NCBI GenBank assembly: GCA_016699935.1
Contig: CP064992.1
Coordinates: 300,001 to 332,000, forward strand
Reading direction: 5' to 3'
Length of the DNA stretch: 32,000 nt
From: Candidatus Saccharimonadota bacterium
GTDB taxonomy: Bacteria; Patescibacteriota; Saccharimonadia; Saccharimonadales; UBA4665
This document shows, in pieces, positions 9,766 to 20,705 of this stretch; positions within the stretch are counted from its first letter, which is position 1; every line of letters starts with the position of its first letter. A model generated the notes under the pieces. The model had not been told where the DNA came from, ran no database searches, and worked only from the letters and a program-made list of their open reading frames with translations. Made by a program: the position numbers and the translations under genes.

Positions 9766-10804
9766 TTAAATGACAGGATTTTTTAACATCCGGGTCGACC
9801 AGTAGTCGATAGTTTCGGTTTCGGTCAGTTCCCAGTGTGCATAGCCCGAGTTGGTTACAGAACAATCGCTATTTGCATTCCAATAGTTGATCCAGGCAAA
9901 ATTGTTGGCCTGGCGGTAGTCAATTATATCCATGAGGGCATCTCGCCGCTCGAGCCCGTCAGAAATGTACCAAACACATTGGTATTGTTATTTTTGATAA
10001 CACCGTAGTTTTGCGCCATACCAAACTCTGGCACCACACCGGGCACACCAGCTAACTGCGACCATGCCGCGATTTCACCGCACAGCTCCTGACCTGTCAT
10101 TGGTGCTGTTTTACGCTCGTCCGTAAGCGTCCATGCCGACATAAAAACGATCGAATGTCTGGCCACCATGATAAGCTGGCCAATAATAATTGGAGTTCGT
10201 TACTCCACGCAGTGGGTAAAACAAACACTTCATGAGCGAACAATATTGTCCGTAGGGGCTCGATGCTCTTACTTGATCCATGGCGGTATAGACATCGCAG
10301 TAGTAGCTGGGCTGGGCCTCCTCAGGTACGCCAGATTGCCCGTCCCACTGCGGTTCTTGATAGTAGACTAGCACCCATGGCATAGAACGTGTGCCGAAGT
10401 AGTTAAGCGTTGTGTTGAGGTCGGCAATATCTTGGGTGGGATCAAGCTAGATTCCATACTTTGTGACACAATACCGGCCAGCGCGAGCCGGCACCATTGT
10501 TTTTGTATGAGTTAAGCGCCGTATTTATGCCACTACCATAATCAAAATACTTTATAAAACACGACGGTGAACTATTACCAAACCGAGACTGGTATACCAC
10601 TCGAGATGCGCCCGGTGTCGAAAACTGCTCCCACTGTGACTTATTGCCAGCCGTTACCAGCGTACTTGTACCGAGTAGCGCCAGCGAATCCAGCCCGGTG
10701 CTCCACTCCACTTTACTCCAATCGATACCGTTCGAGGCAATATCCCAGCCGACATAAAGCTGCGACTGGTAGGCTCTTTGCAACCTTCGCGCCGAAATGC
10801 TCAT
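9766..10804 (-). pseudogene. clan GH-A-like glycoside hydrolase, paralog 2, broken by about 3 frameshifts as assembled
   Basis: Fragments 10442-10804 (MSISARRLQRA...), 10111-10383 (VYYQEPQ, matching FHHEPE), 9924-10169 (VPEFGM, matching ITEYG), and an unlisted tail (DYRQANNFAWINYWNAN...). All are colinear with the 6631-7452 protein. Confidence 0.55.
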
Positions 10805-11180
10805 AGTAATCTAATTGTAGCATTTACACTCATGCTGATACTATTGATTACCTACTACAATTATAGGGGTTTGAGTTGTGAAAGCCTGAGCTTTGCTTCT
10901 ATGCGTCGCACCCGTTTGAGCAATGTTACTGGTTGGTGGTCATACCAATCTATCTTCAGAAAAAAGTTGCGCACAACTTCAAACCGTCATTCATAAGCTC
11001 AAAGCAACAACAAAAAACTTAATTTTGATGTAAAAATCAATCCTGTGATACCCGCAAACCAAACAAAATTTTCTAGACTATTTCATTTTATACACCAGCT
11101 GTGTTTCTCGGCTTGCAGGCTAATCTGTAAATCTTGTTTAAAAAACCAACTGTTGATTTATTGTGTTACTATTTTTAATT

Positions 11181-12182
11181 ATGGATAAACATTTCTTACC
11201 TAAGCTTAACAAAAACATAAAAAAACAACTGGTCCGCGCTAAGGTGCTTGTTTCAAAACATACTCGCCTATCAATTGCTTTAGCCGCATTTTTTTCCATA
11301 TTCTTTTTGGGTCTAGCGATATTTCTTACCAACAATAAAGCGTCCACAAATACAGCTAGCGGCACTTCAAAATTAACGTCTAGTAAAAGTAGCAGCTTAG
11401 CTTCAAATAATGACGAGAAGAAAAATACAGCATCAAGCACGGCAAATACTGCTCCTGCTGACACATCAAAGGCACCTCAGGGTAATAACCCTAGCACCAA
11501 ACCGACAGCTAGTTCGACGAAAGGCGCTTTGGTCGCCTCTCCCTCAAGCATAACGCTATCTTCAACAACCAACGGCGCAACCATATCTGTAAGAAGCAGC
11601 ACGGGTGACAATATTTTCTCGCCTATCGTCTCTAGTCTTCCTGGGTTGTCGGTCTACATATCATCTAATTATTCACTGAGCGGGACAGCCGATAAGCAGA
11701 CGTGGCAGATATCAGTTGACCGTATGGATTTCAACAGCAAAGGTCAAGACTACATAACAATCACAGACCGTGTTGGTCGTTTCGCAAGCACTAGAGTACT
11801 GGTTACATGGAATCCAGCGCCAACGTTTAATATCACCCAGGGATCCCTTGTACGAAGCGACGGAATTGACACCATAACTCATACCGCAAACTTCAGCATC
11901 GTGCCAAATAATCCATATTTTGGGAACCCTAACATGAATATTAGGCTATACGGTGGCCCATGTATCAATACTTCAGATTTAAGCCGCTCTTTCGTATACA
12001 ACGGACAAAACTCATTTAGCATACCCTGCGTGGTTAATCGGGTTGCAACTGGACCAGGGACGCTACCTCCACTGCCAAGTGCGACCACTTTCAATCTTGA
12101 TGTCTCTGGCACAGTAAATGGACAGTACATACGTGGAACCTATCCAGTCGTTTACACGCTGCCCTCTGGCTATGACCGCTGA
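11181..12182 (+). CDS. membrane-anchored surface protein with Ser/Thr/Asn-rich linker, function unknown
   Basis: ATG at 11181 (TACTAT 8 nt upstream). TM helix LSIALAAFFSIFFLGLAIFL, then about 90 aa of S/T/N/K-rich low complexity, then a globular C-terminal region of about 200 aa. Confidence 0.6.
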   Translation: MDKHFLPKLNKNIKKQLVRAKVLVSKHTRLSIALAAFFSIFFLGLAIFLTNNKASTNTASGTSKLTSSKSSSLASNNDEKKNTASSTANTAPADTSKAPQGNNPSTKPTASSTKGALVASPSSITLSSTTNGATISVRSSTGDNIFSPIVSSLPGLSVYISSNYSLSGTADKQTWQISVDRMDFNSKGQDYITITDRVGRFASTRVLVTWNPAPTFNITQGSLVRSDGIDTITHTANFSIVPNNPYFGNPNMNIRLYGGPCINTSDLSRSFVYNGQNSFSIPCVVNRVATGPGTLPPLPSATTFNLDVSGTVNGQYIRGTYPVVYTLPSGYDR

Positions 12183-12251
12183 GTGTTTGCAGAAATAGTC
12201 AACACACAAGCTTACCAAAAAGAACTAGACTTTCAATGAAGTTAAATCATT

Positions 12252-12279
12252 CCCTGTTATTCCCCCATCCCAAACAAAA
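12252..12279 (-). repeat. copy 1 of a recurring ~28-nt motif (minus sense TTTTGTTTGGGATGGGGGAATAACAGGG)
   Basis: Abuts the stop codon of the 12280 gene, between convergent genes. Shares the core TGGGAYRGGG..AATAACAGGG with copies at 13603 and 14267. Confidence 0.6.
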
Positions 12280-13049
12280 TTAGCGGATCGACAGAGCAAT
12301 GAGGATCATGGAGCCGTGGGAGAGAAATATGAAAGCGAGTTCGAAGAAAATATAGTGTCGTCGGTGCCGTGGACCAACGATGGCAATGGCTGCCATGACG
12401 GTAGCAATGATCCCTGCAACGATGGTATATTTTGGCAGAACAAGAGCAGACACAAGCGCCAACCCTAACATTGCAACTCCCATAGTGTACGCAAAAATAT
12501 TGTGCAGAATTTCTTCGAGTCCACCTCGAGGCAAAAACACACCAGCCACCATGCAGCATAGTACTGTTGTCATAATTAGAGTAATGATTATCCAGTTGTG
12601 AAGACGCGGTGCGACGAAAACCAAGCCCGTTAACCCAAACAAGATTGGGCACAGCCACATAAGTGTACGGTAGTAGTGTGCATTCGCATCTGAGCGCAAC
12701 GCGAGCTTGCTCCAGTTCAACTGGCGCAGATGGATTGTGTTCGCGCCACAAGAAATATGACCAACCAAAATATAGAAATCAAGGTTGCCACAAACACCAG
12801 CCAAAACGCCCAATTGTTCATGAGAATTACTATAGCAGAAACTTCAATGGCACTAGTCAGTAATAAAACCCAGGTAAAAACTTCCCCTGTTGTTTCCTCA
12901 TCCCAGGTGAACACACTATTATACCCTCTAGATTCGTTAGAGGAACTGTCCTCTAAAGCCCAATAACGTTCTGCTACCGTAAAATACTTGCTGATAGGTG
13001 TACACTTATAGGTGTTACGATAATTGGAGGTTTGTGCTATGGACGACAA
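12280..13049 (-). CDS. multi-pass membrane protein, function unknown; one frameshift as assembled; true start probably internal
   Basis: Fragments 12717-13049 and 12280-12813 are both strongly hydrophobic and colinear. The upstream end overlaps the RBS and start of the plus-strand gene at 13039, so a start near GTG 12914 is more plausible. Confidence 0.45.
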
Positions 13050-13533
13050 TAAAATCTTGAAGCTCGTGTATACATTTTCTTAGGTTTGTTGATAACATTT
13101 TTCATCGGCGTAGGTATAAACACCTTTTATGTACCGCCGAAAGAACCGGCTTATCTTAACGGGATTGTTACACACGACAAAACCTTAAATGATGAAGAAA
13201 TAAAAAGAACGTGAGTACGAAAAGCGTTATGAAGCATATGAAGAAAAATGAAACCATACAACCGAAATGTATCCATTATGACTTTGGCGGCTTCAGTCAC
13301 TTTACTCGTTGCTAGCCTTTGTCTACGAGAAGAAAATTAAAGTATTAACAGATGGTATTATGCTTGGAGGGCTATTCACGCTGATATACAGCATAGGCAG
13401 GGGTTTTGCCTCCCAGAACAGCAAATACGTGTTCATTGCTATCACTGTTGGTCTTGCCCTAGTTATTTATCTCGGTTACCGCAGATTCGCCCATGAAAAC
13501 CTTCCACCCAAAAAACACGCATCAGCCAAATAA
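13039..13533 (+). pseudogene. small two-TM membrane protein, broken by about 4 frameshifts as assembled
   Basis: GGAGG RBS plus ATG 13039 (MDDNKILKLVY...). Successive frames give IFLGLLITFFIGVGINTFYVPPKEPAYL..., EYEKRYEAYEEK, KPYNRNVSIMTLAASVTLLVAS and the listed ORF 13309-13533. Breaks lie at TTTT/AAAAA runs. Confidence 0.45.
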
Positions 13534-13602
13534 ACTTTACGCACTTAACTTTTTGGTTGTTTAGCAGAAAATCTTATAGGGGTCCGCCTTGGAAAAACCC
13601 GC

Positions 13603-13630
13603 CCCTGTTATTTCCCTATCCCAAGTTATA
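13603..13630 (-). repeat. copy 2 of the recurring ~28-nt motif (minus sense TATAACTTGGGATAGGGAAATAACAGGG)
   Basis: Lies between the convergent stops at 13533 (+) and 13677 (-). Confidence 0.55.
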
Positions 13631-13676
13631 TTACATGCCTGTTATCAGTTTGAGGCATGATCTATGATCACTCTGG

Positions 13677-14198
13677 TCAATTTGCTTCTGACTGGGCAGC
13701 TGCTGTTTCAACTTGCTGTATCAAACCTGCGCTCTGGTCTTTGCTGCTATCTAGGGCTTTGTACATACTACTTGGAAATAGCTTGCGCATCGATTCACCA
13801 TAGGCTGAGCCATCTTTTGGCATTTGGTGCGAAATGATAACAAAGTTCGGTTTTCTGTAAACTAATCTGACTGGTGAACTATACCCTTCACCCGTACCAT
13901 TTACCCCTTTAGAGTAGTCAGTATACCCTTGGCAATAAGCCCAACTGTAAGCATACTTTTCATCATAACCATAAAGTGTGTTTGCACAGTGGTAGTTATT
14001 GAAGCCTGGAGTACGTTGCGAAGCAAGCGATTCAAGATATATATTGATTGATTTACTGAGCTCTGCGTTTGGTGTTGTTACAACAATGCCTACGGGTTTA
14101 GCATACTTACTTTCTTCTGAACGCAGGAGTAAAAGCCACACACCTACACCAGTTATCACGACAGCTGACAGGCAACCCCATGCATATTTGCTCTTCAT
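13677..14198 (-). CDS. membrane-anchored or secreted protein, function unknown
   Basis: Intact 173 aa. N-terminal anchor CLSAVVITGVGVWLLLL followed by an aromatic-rich globular domain. Confidence 0.6.
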   Translation of the reverse strand: MKSKYAWGCLSAVVITGVGVWLLLLRSEESKYAKPVGIVVTTPNAELSKSINIYLESLASQRTPGFNNYHCANTLYGYDEKYAYSWAYCQGYTDYSKGVNGTGEGYSSPVRLVYRKPNFVIISHQMPKDGSAYGESMRKLFPSSMYKALDSSKDQSAGLIQQVETAAAQSEAN

Positions 14199-14266
14199 AT
14201 TGAATACTCTAGCATACGTGGCTTATAGCATCTACGTCAGGTAGCTCAAAATAATGAGGCGAACCA

Positions 14267-14293
14267 CCCTGTTATTCCCCGTCCCAGACAAAT
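14267..14293 (-). repeat. copy 3 of the recurring motif (minus sense ATTTGTCTGGGACGGGGAATAACAGGG)
   Basis: Lies 130 nt downstream of the 14426 stop and about 70 nt upstream of the 14198 start. Overlaps the end of a 25-aa minus ORF (14272-14349) ending FVWDGE*. Confidence 0.55.
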
Positions 14294-14425
14294 TGGCAAA
14301 ATTCCTGCTTAATAAGTTTGGCCTTTTTACTATTATTCCTGTTAGCCATCGGAACAACTTTTCACAGACTGGCTGTCAGGGAGTTTTGCCCTATACCATA
14401 CTTGAGCAAGTTAGCTGTTAGTAAC

Positions 14426-14668
14426 CTATTTTCCGTCATAACCGTGGCCGTATTTTTGGCGAAATTGCGTACGAAGTTGATCGTCGCTGCATGGGTACGC
14501 AAAAAACTGTTTACCAGCTGCAATATCAGCTTCGTATTGCGTTTGGCATGCTTCAACCAGCTTTTTATAACGCACCGCGTCATTTTCCGAGCTACGATTC
14601 CATGGGCGAACAAACATGATACCACCGACCGCCACAGCGAGTAGCACCGTAAGATACGCTTTATTCAT
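14426..14668 (-). CDS. small secreted or anchored protein, function unknown
   Basis: 80 aa with signal-like N-terminus MNKAYLTVLLAVAVGGIMFV. TAAAAT lies 6 nt before the ATG. The overlapping plus ORF 14318-14644 looks like a shadow ORF. Confidence 0.5.
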   Translation of the reverse strand: MNKAYLTVLLAVAVGGIMFVRPWNRSSENDAVRYKKLVEACQTQYEADIAAGKQFFAYPCSDDQLRTQFRQKYGHGYDGK

Positions 14669-14809
14669 AGACGTATTTTACCTTCTTATACGTGTTTGAA
14701 CAGCACCAAATCTCCGAAAACATTAACCGAGTGGAAGCATTAGGTTAATCGTCGTAAAAAAGATGGGGTAATGTGAAATTGGATTTTTCGTCTGGGGCTT
14801 ATCCATAAA

Positions 14810-14827
14810 GGGCGCATTGCTGCGCCC
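14810..14827 (-). terminator. candidate intrinsic terminator downstream of dnaK
   Basis: Minus sense GGGCGCA-GCAA-TGCGCCC followed by TTTATGG. Preceded at 14865-14909 by three short GC hairpins (CCCCG-N6-CGGGG, the palindrome TCTCCGCGGAGA, and CCCCACGGGG). The U-tail is weak. Confidence 0.4.
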
Positions 14828-14913
14828 CTGTGGGTTATTTTTCTTCGACGACTTCGCCACTGTACCCCACGGGGAATCCTCTCTCCGCGGAGACCCCGTA
14901 ATTTCGGGGGTTA

Positions 14914-16853
<1,940 letters not shown>

Positions 16854-16915
16854 TCATGAAGCGAAAATCATGTATCTTGCTCTTTACGTTATTAGTAGTT
16901 TCAAAATTCGACTTT

Positions 16916-16942
16916 TTAGCACTAAAACCTTCTGAGTGCTAA
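16916..16942. promoter_or_regulatory. CIRCE operator upstream of dnaK
   Basis: TTAGCACTA-N9-GAGTGCTAA. Confidence 0.85.
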
Positions 16943-16961
16943 CATACATTCATTAACCAAA

Positions 16962-16988
16962 TTGGCACTCCCATGTCAAGAGTGCCAA
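16962..16988. promoter_or_regulatory. second, variant CIRCE-like palindrome upstream of dnaK
   Basis: TTGGCACTC-N9-GAGTGCCAA. The A-to-G change is mirrored in both arms, so the palindrome is preserved. Lies 46 bp centre-to-centre from the first site. Confidence 0.6.
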
Positions 16989-17076
16989 CCCATTTTATCT
17001 TATGTTACTTAGGCCACGTAACTTATCTAATTCTTTGGGAAGAATCTTCTTTTTCTCTTAAATTACTTTCTAGATG

Positions 17077-18449
17077 TTAGGGCACCAGAGTCGAAAGCGT
17101 CACTTGTTTAACCCGCGCATTGCTGCCTTCAAAATACAGTTCAGGGCCTGTTATGCCACGGGTGGCGTTAGATCCGATAGTAACGTCTTGCGAGTCAACG
17201 ACCGAAACAGCATTAACTTGGGTATGCGTCGACTGTGTGTCTCCAAGGTTATTGCCTTCAACAACAACACCTAAGCAGCGATTGACAAGGACTCCGGCCT
17301 TGGCCCGTGTGACATTATCGTTTTGCCTGTTCTGATTATTATTGACTGAGACATTTCCAGCGACCGTAATTGATCGAGTGTCAACCGAGTTTGATGAACC
17401 AACACATACACCAACAGAGTCGCATTCGCGTATGTTATTGCCAGCTACTACGACATTGACGCACTGCTGAGAAACGGTAATACCGACATCGCCCGAACCA
17501 ATCACGGTGTTTCCCTGGACAATTACACCCACGGTACGATGAACTGAGATAGCATCGGCTGAACCTGGTGACACCGTATCTGCATTTCCCGTACCCATAC
17601 AAGTAACCTGATTGTGTGCAATAGTAATGCCGACATGCTTACTGGCATCGTCACCTAGCACCCGAATCGGTTGTCTTATTTGCGCCATGTCAGGAATCAT
17701 GGCGGGGGATTGATTAGCGAAACAACCAGCCGAGTTCTATGAGGTAAGATGTGATTACCCAAAATTCGCACATTTTCAGCATGATACGTATCCGTACCGT
17801 AAACATAAATCGCCATATCTTCCCAATTGCGGAAGACACAATCCTCTACGCTAGCACCCACCGTTGAGCGGTTAACCCTTAGTGCCACAGTTTGGCCGTC
17901 GAATTCACAATCCCGGATGGTAATATCTTTTACATTGTCACGAGTTTCAATTCCTTGAACCCTGTCACCTTCAGCAGCTCCATCGCAAGTTAGCCTAAGT
18001 CTCTCGAGGCGAACATTGGAAGAGTTAGGCGCAACCTCAAGCATGTATGACGTGATAGTTGCAGCAGTAGCTTGAAGTTGCAGGTCGCGAATTGATGCAG
18101 AAGCTGTAATCATCTTGGGGCGAGAGGTTGATATGGCGACGAGTTTTGCATTGTTTCCGAACAGCGGTGCAGTTACCGTCAGGAGTGATCCAAGCGCATA
18201 GGTCGCGGTGTGTAGCCAAACCTCACAGCCAGTTATGGTAGCGGCAGCTATAGCCGCCTGTAAGGCTGCCGTATCATCTGTAACTCCATCGCCCTTAGCT
18301 CCATAATCTCTGACGTTAATGACGCTAGTAGGTGCATTATTCCATTTTGCAGTTGTCGCGTTGTAGCTGAGAGTCTGCCCCTTACTCGGGTTAGAGAAAT
18401 AAACATCATTTGCGTTCTGTATACCCGTGCCTTGACCGGTGAATGGCAT
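17077..18449 (-). CDS. right-handed beta-helix protein, pectate-lyase-superfamily/tailspike-like (allele A); one frameshift as assembled
   Basis: N-terminus MPFTGQGTGIQNANDVYFSNPSKGQTLSYNATTAKWNN... then VINVRDYGAKGDGVTDDTAALQAAI (Pectate_lyase_3-type motif). Repetitive GN/VxG beta-helix rungs run through fragments 17697-18449 and 17077-17700. AGGAGA RBS; no signal peptide. Confidence 0.7.
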
Positions 18450-18612
18450 GTGTTTTGTCTCCTAACTAATGCTTGTGCTTAGTATAGCAAATCATGACTT
18501 ATGTGCACGATGTTCAGACCAGGCCTTACCAGTTGTCTAACAATTATTTGGTTGATTTCACGCGGACCATGGCGTGACGAATTACTTCGTTGCCTAGTTT
18601 GTAGCCGGATTG
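18246..18612 (-). repeat. 367-bp direct repeat, copy A (3 mismatches to copy B)
   Basis: Aligned by eye to 19881-20247. Covers the first 68 codons of the beta-helix gene, 94 bp of upstream region with -10 and RBS, and a 69-nt grpE 3' fragment. Confidence 0.9.
18544..18612 (-). pseudogene. orphan grpE 3' fragment (last 22 codons plus stop)
   Basis: Translates QSGYKLGNEVIRHAMVRVKSTK*, identical to the C-terminus of the grpE reading frame at 20179-20247. The two nucleotide differences are synonymous Arg codons. Confidence 0.85.
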
Positions 18613-18648
18613 CAAATTAGTCTTCACCTGTAATTTGGATGTTGTATA

Positions 18649-18770
18649 CCTGAGTCTCAAAACTGTCTCCATTTGTACTTGTGTCATTCCCGCAGAAGGC
18701 GGGAATCCATTTCATATATCTGGATCCCAGCCTTCGCTGGGATGACATCGTGGGGGTTTTGAGATTCAGG
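18649..18770. repeat. 122-bp MITE-like element with nested inverted repeats
   Basis: Outer inverted repeats CCTGAGTCTCAAAAC (18649-18663) and GTTTTGAGATTCAGG (18756-18770), 14/15 complementary. Inner perfect 8-bp hairpins ATTCCCGC-agaag-GCGGGAAT (18686-18706) and ATCCCAGC-cttc-GCTGGGAT (18724-18743), bracketed by TGTCAT/ATGACA. Confidence 0.7.
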
Positions 18771-20084
18771 TTTGTATTATTTGATGCCTCAGACGTTTGA
18801 TGGCATAGATGTATTTGTTGCTGCCCAAACTACACCCGTCACGTATGTTTCGTTTATTTGGTAGGCAGTTCCGCTCCTCAAACAAATTTATGCCTACACG
18901 GTGGAAGCCATAATTTGGATTACTAACACCTCCAAACATAGCTATGCCTCCATTTGTGTTTTGTTTACACTGATTACCGTCAATCATTGCCGATCGAGCT
19001 GAAATCCCTATTCCATAGTTCTTATTTGAGCGTAAAAGTTAGCAGAAATAACCATATTTGATGAGCATTGAATATTAATTCCATGAATATCATTTAAAAT
19101 GCACGTATTATTTGATACGGTTCCAAAGCACAATACATTGACACCTTCCTGGCCTTGAACCGTGGTGTCTATGGATATACCGTGGTCTACATTACTAATA
19201 CTAGTATTTGATGAAACTAACGGGTATAACTCAGCTGCAATCGTCGGACTACCGCCGCCAATGGTTATTCCCGATTGGCCATTGCCTTCACTCGTATTTC
19301 CAACAATCTGTGTATACTTGCCATACTGCGAGACTATACCGTGATTTACACAATTCCGTACTGTCGATCCAATAACTTTTGTGCCATAACTTCCAGACAG
19401 TATTACACCGTTCACGGTTCGTTCAACGAGACAGTTGCTTACTATCGATCCTCTGGTAGAATACAGCGCTATGCCTTGTGAATCGCAATCACTGACTGTC
19501 ACATTTTCTAGTACCGCCCTGCTATTTGGAACGCTGTCGACCGGCCGAGTGCCCAAAGAACCAACCCTCACACCTTGCTTATGCATGCCCGTAATCGTTG
19601 TGTCGCGTAAAACTGCCGTGCCCATCCAGCCATCGTCTGCATAGATTTCGATACCAGCAACTACTACACCTACAGATGTGTTTGTTTTATTTCCATCGAT
19701 TGTTAAGCCAGCAACTTCACACTGTCCCGATGACTTGATAATTGCAATTTCGGTTGAACCGTTTTTTAGTTTGATAGTTACATTGTAAGCACTAATGAAA
19801 CATCCCGTTATATCCAACGAGGAGCTGACTAGGTATGTTTGTGGGGGGAAATATACTGTTGCATTATCTAGCCGAGCATCAGCTATAGCCGCCTGTAAGG
19901 CTGCCGTATCATCTGTAACTCCATCGCCCTTAGCTCCATAATCTCTGACGTTAATGACGCTAGTAGGTGCATTATTCCATTTTGCAGTTGTCGCGTTGTA
20001 GCTGAGAGTCTGCCCCTTACTCGGGTTAGAGAAATAAACATCATTTGCGTTCTGTATACCCGTGCCTTGACCGGTGAATGGCAT
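18766..20084 (-). CDS. right-handed beta-helix protein, pectate-lyase-superfamily/tailspike-like (allele B); at least 1 frameshift, 3' end uncertain
   Basis: First 68 aa are identical to allele A, then a different beta-helix sequence (ORF 19008-20084). The frame continues after a TTTT run into ORF 18766-18987 (NYGIGISARSAMIDGNQCKQNTNGGIAMFGG...). Confidence 0.7.
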
Positions 20085-20247
20085 GTGTTTTGTCTCCTAA
20101 CTAATGCTTGTGCTTAGTATAGCAAATCATGACTTATGTGCACGATGTTCAGACCAGGCCTTACCAGTTGTCTAATAATTATTTGGTTGATTTCACACGG
20201 ACCATGGCGTGGCGAATTACTTCGTTGCCTAGTTTGTAGCCGGATTG
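19881..20247 (-). repeat. 367-bp direct repeat, copy B
   Basis: See copy A. This copy is contiguous with the full-length grpE. Confidence 0.9.
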
Positions 20248-20705
20248 TAGCTCTTCGCAGACAACCTCTTGGTCGCCATCACCCTCTTCCATACTGACTG
20301 CTTCGTGCAAATGAGGGTCAAACGCTTCACCCACAGTTTTGATGCGTTCGACGCCGATTTCTGCGAGGGTTTTTCGAACTGCAAGAGGATTTTCTTGACG
20401 CCCTCAACCCATTCAAGCAGATTTTTTTCCTCTTGACTCATGACTCTTGACTCATGACTCTCTGCCGCAGGAAGATGCTTGATGGCACGCTCAAAATTAT
20501 CGATGACAGGTAGCAGATCTTTGACCACGCTCGCCTTTACCGTTGAGCGCAGTGACGAGATTTGCTCATCATGCCGTCGGCGAATATTCATCGCATCTGC
20601 CCGCTCGCGCTGCAAAGCTTCAGTTAGCTGCGCATTCTCTGCCGCCAGCTGCTCGGCGATCTGTTTATAATCTAGTTTGTGGTCGGACTTTTTCTTTTCA
20701 GTCAT
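20179..20705 (-). CDS. grpE: nucleotide exchange factor GrpE; one frameshift as assembled
   Basis: ORF 20229-20705 is GrpE-like up to ...LEWVEGVKKILLQFEK. Adding one A to the A5 run at about 20377-20381 gives TLAEIGVERIKTVGEAFDPHLHEAVSMEEGDGDQEVVCEELQSGYKLGNEVIRHAMVRVKSTK*. The ATG directly abuts the hrcA stop. Confidence 0.85.

Noticed and set aside
6631-10804. Reading the shared N-terminal RR motif as a Tat signal peptide
   Set aside because: No hydrophobic h-region or AxA cleavage site follows the twin arginines in any of the three proteins.
10778-10996. 72-aa plus-strand ORF in the 355-bp AT-rich intergenic region
   Set aside because: It overlaps the GH paralog start and promoter. It has no RBS or -10 context, and its composition does not look protein-like.
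12252-14293. Integron-like cassette array with the 28-nt motif acting as attC
   Set aside because: The motif lacks the imperfect inverted-repeat structure and GTTRRRY core of attC. The intervals contain genes on both strands, and no intI is visible.
14318-14644. 108-aa plus-strand ORF
   Set aside because: It is antisense to the 80-aa signal-peptide ORF, which has a well-placed -10 box. The plus-strand ORF has no comparable start signals.
14865-14909. Cluster of three short GC hairpins just after the dnaK stop, considered as a small structured RNA
   Set aside because: The stems are only 4-6 bp and I recognise no conserved RNA family motifs. It is more simply part of the dnaK 3' UTR and terminator region.
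18246-20247. Possibility that the 367-bp repeats are a DGR template/variable repeat pair
   Set aside because: The three mismatches are C/T, G/A and A/G, not adenine-specific. They lie outside the beta-helix coding part. No reverse transcriptase is present in the window.
20431-20458. Perfect 14-bp tandem duplication (TCTTGACTCATGAC x2) inside grpE, considered as a slipped-strand phase switch or a CRISPR-like repeat
   Set aside because: There are only two units and no spacers. The ORF reads through it (SHESRVMSQE), with GrpE-like sequence in the same frame on both sides. Probably just a small in-gene duplication.
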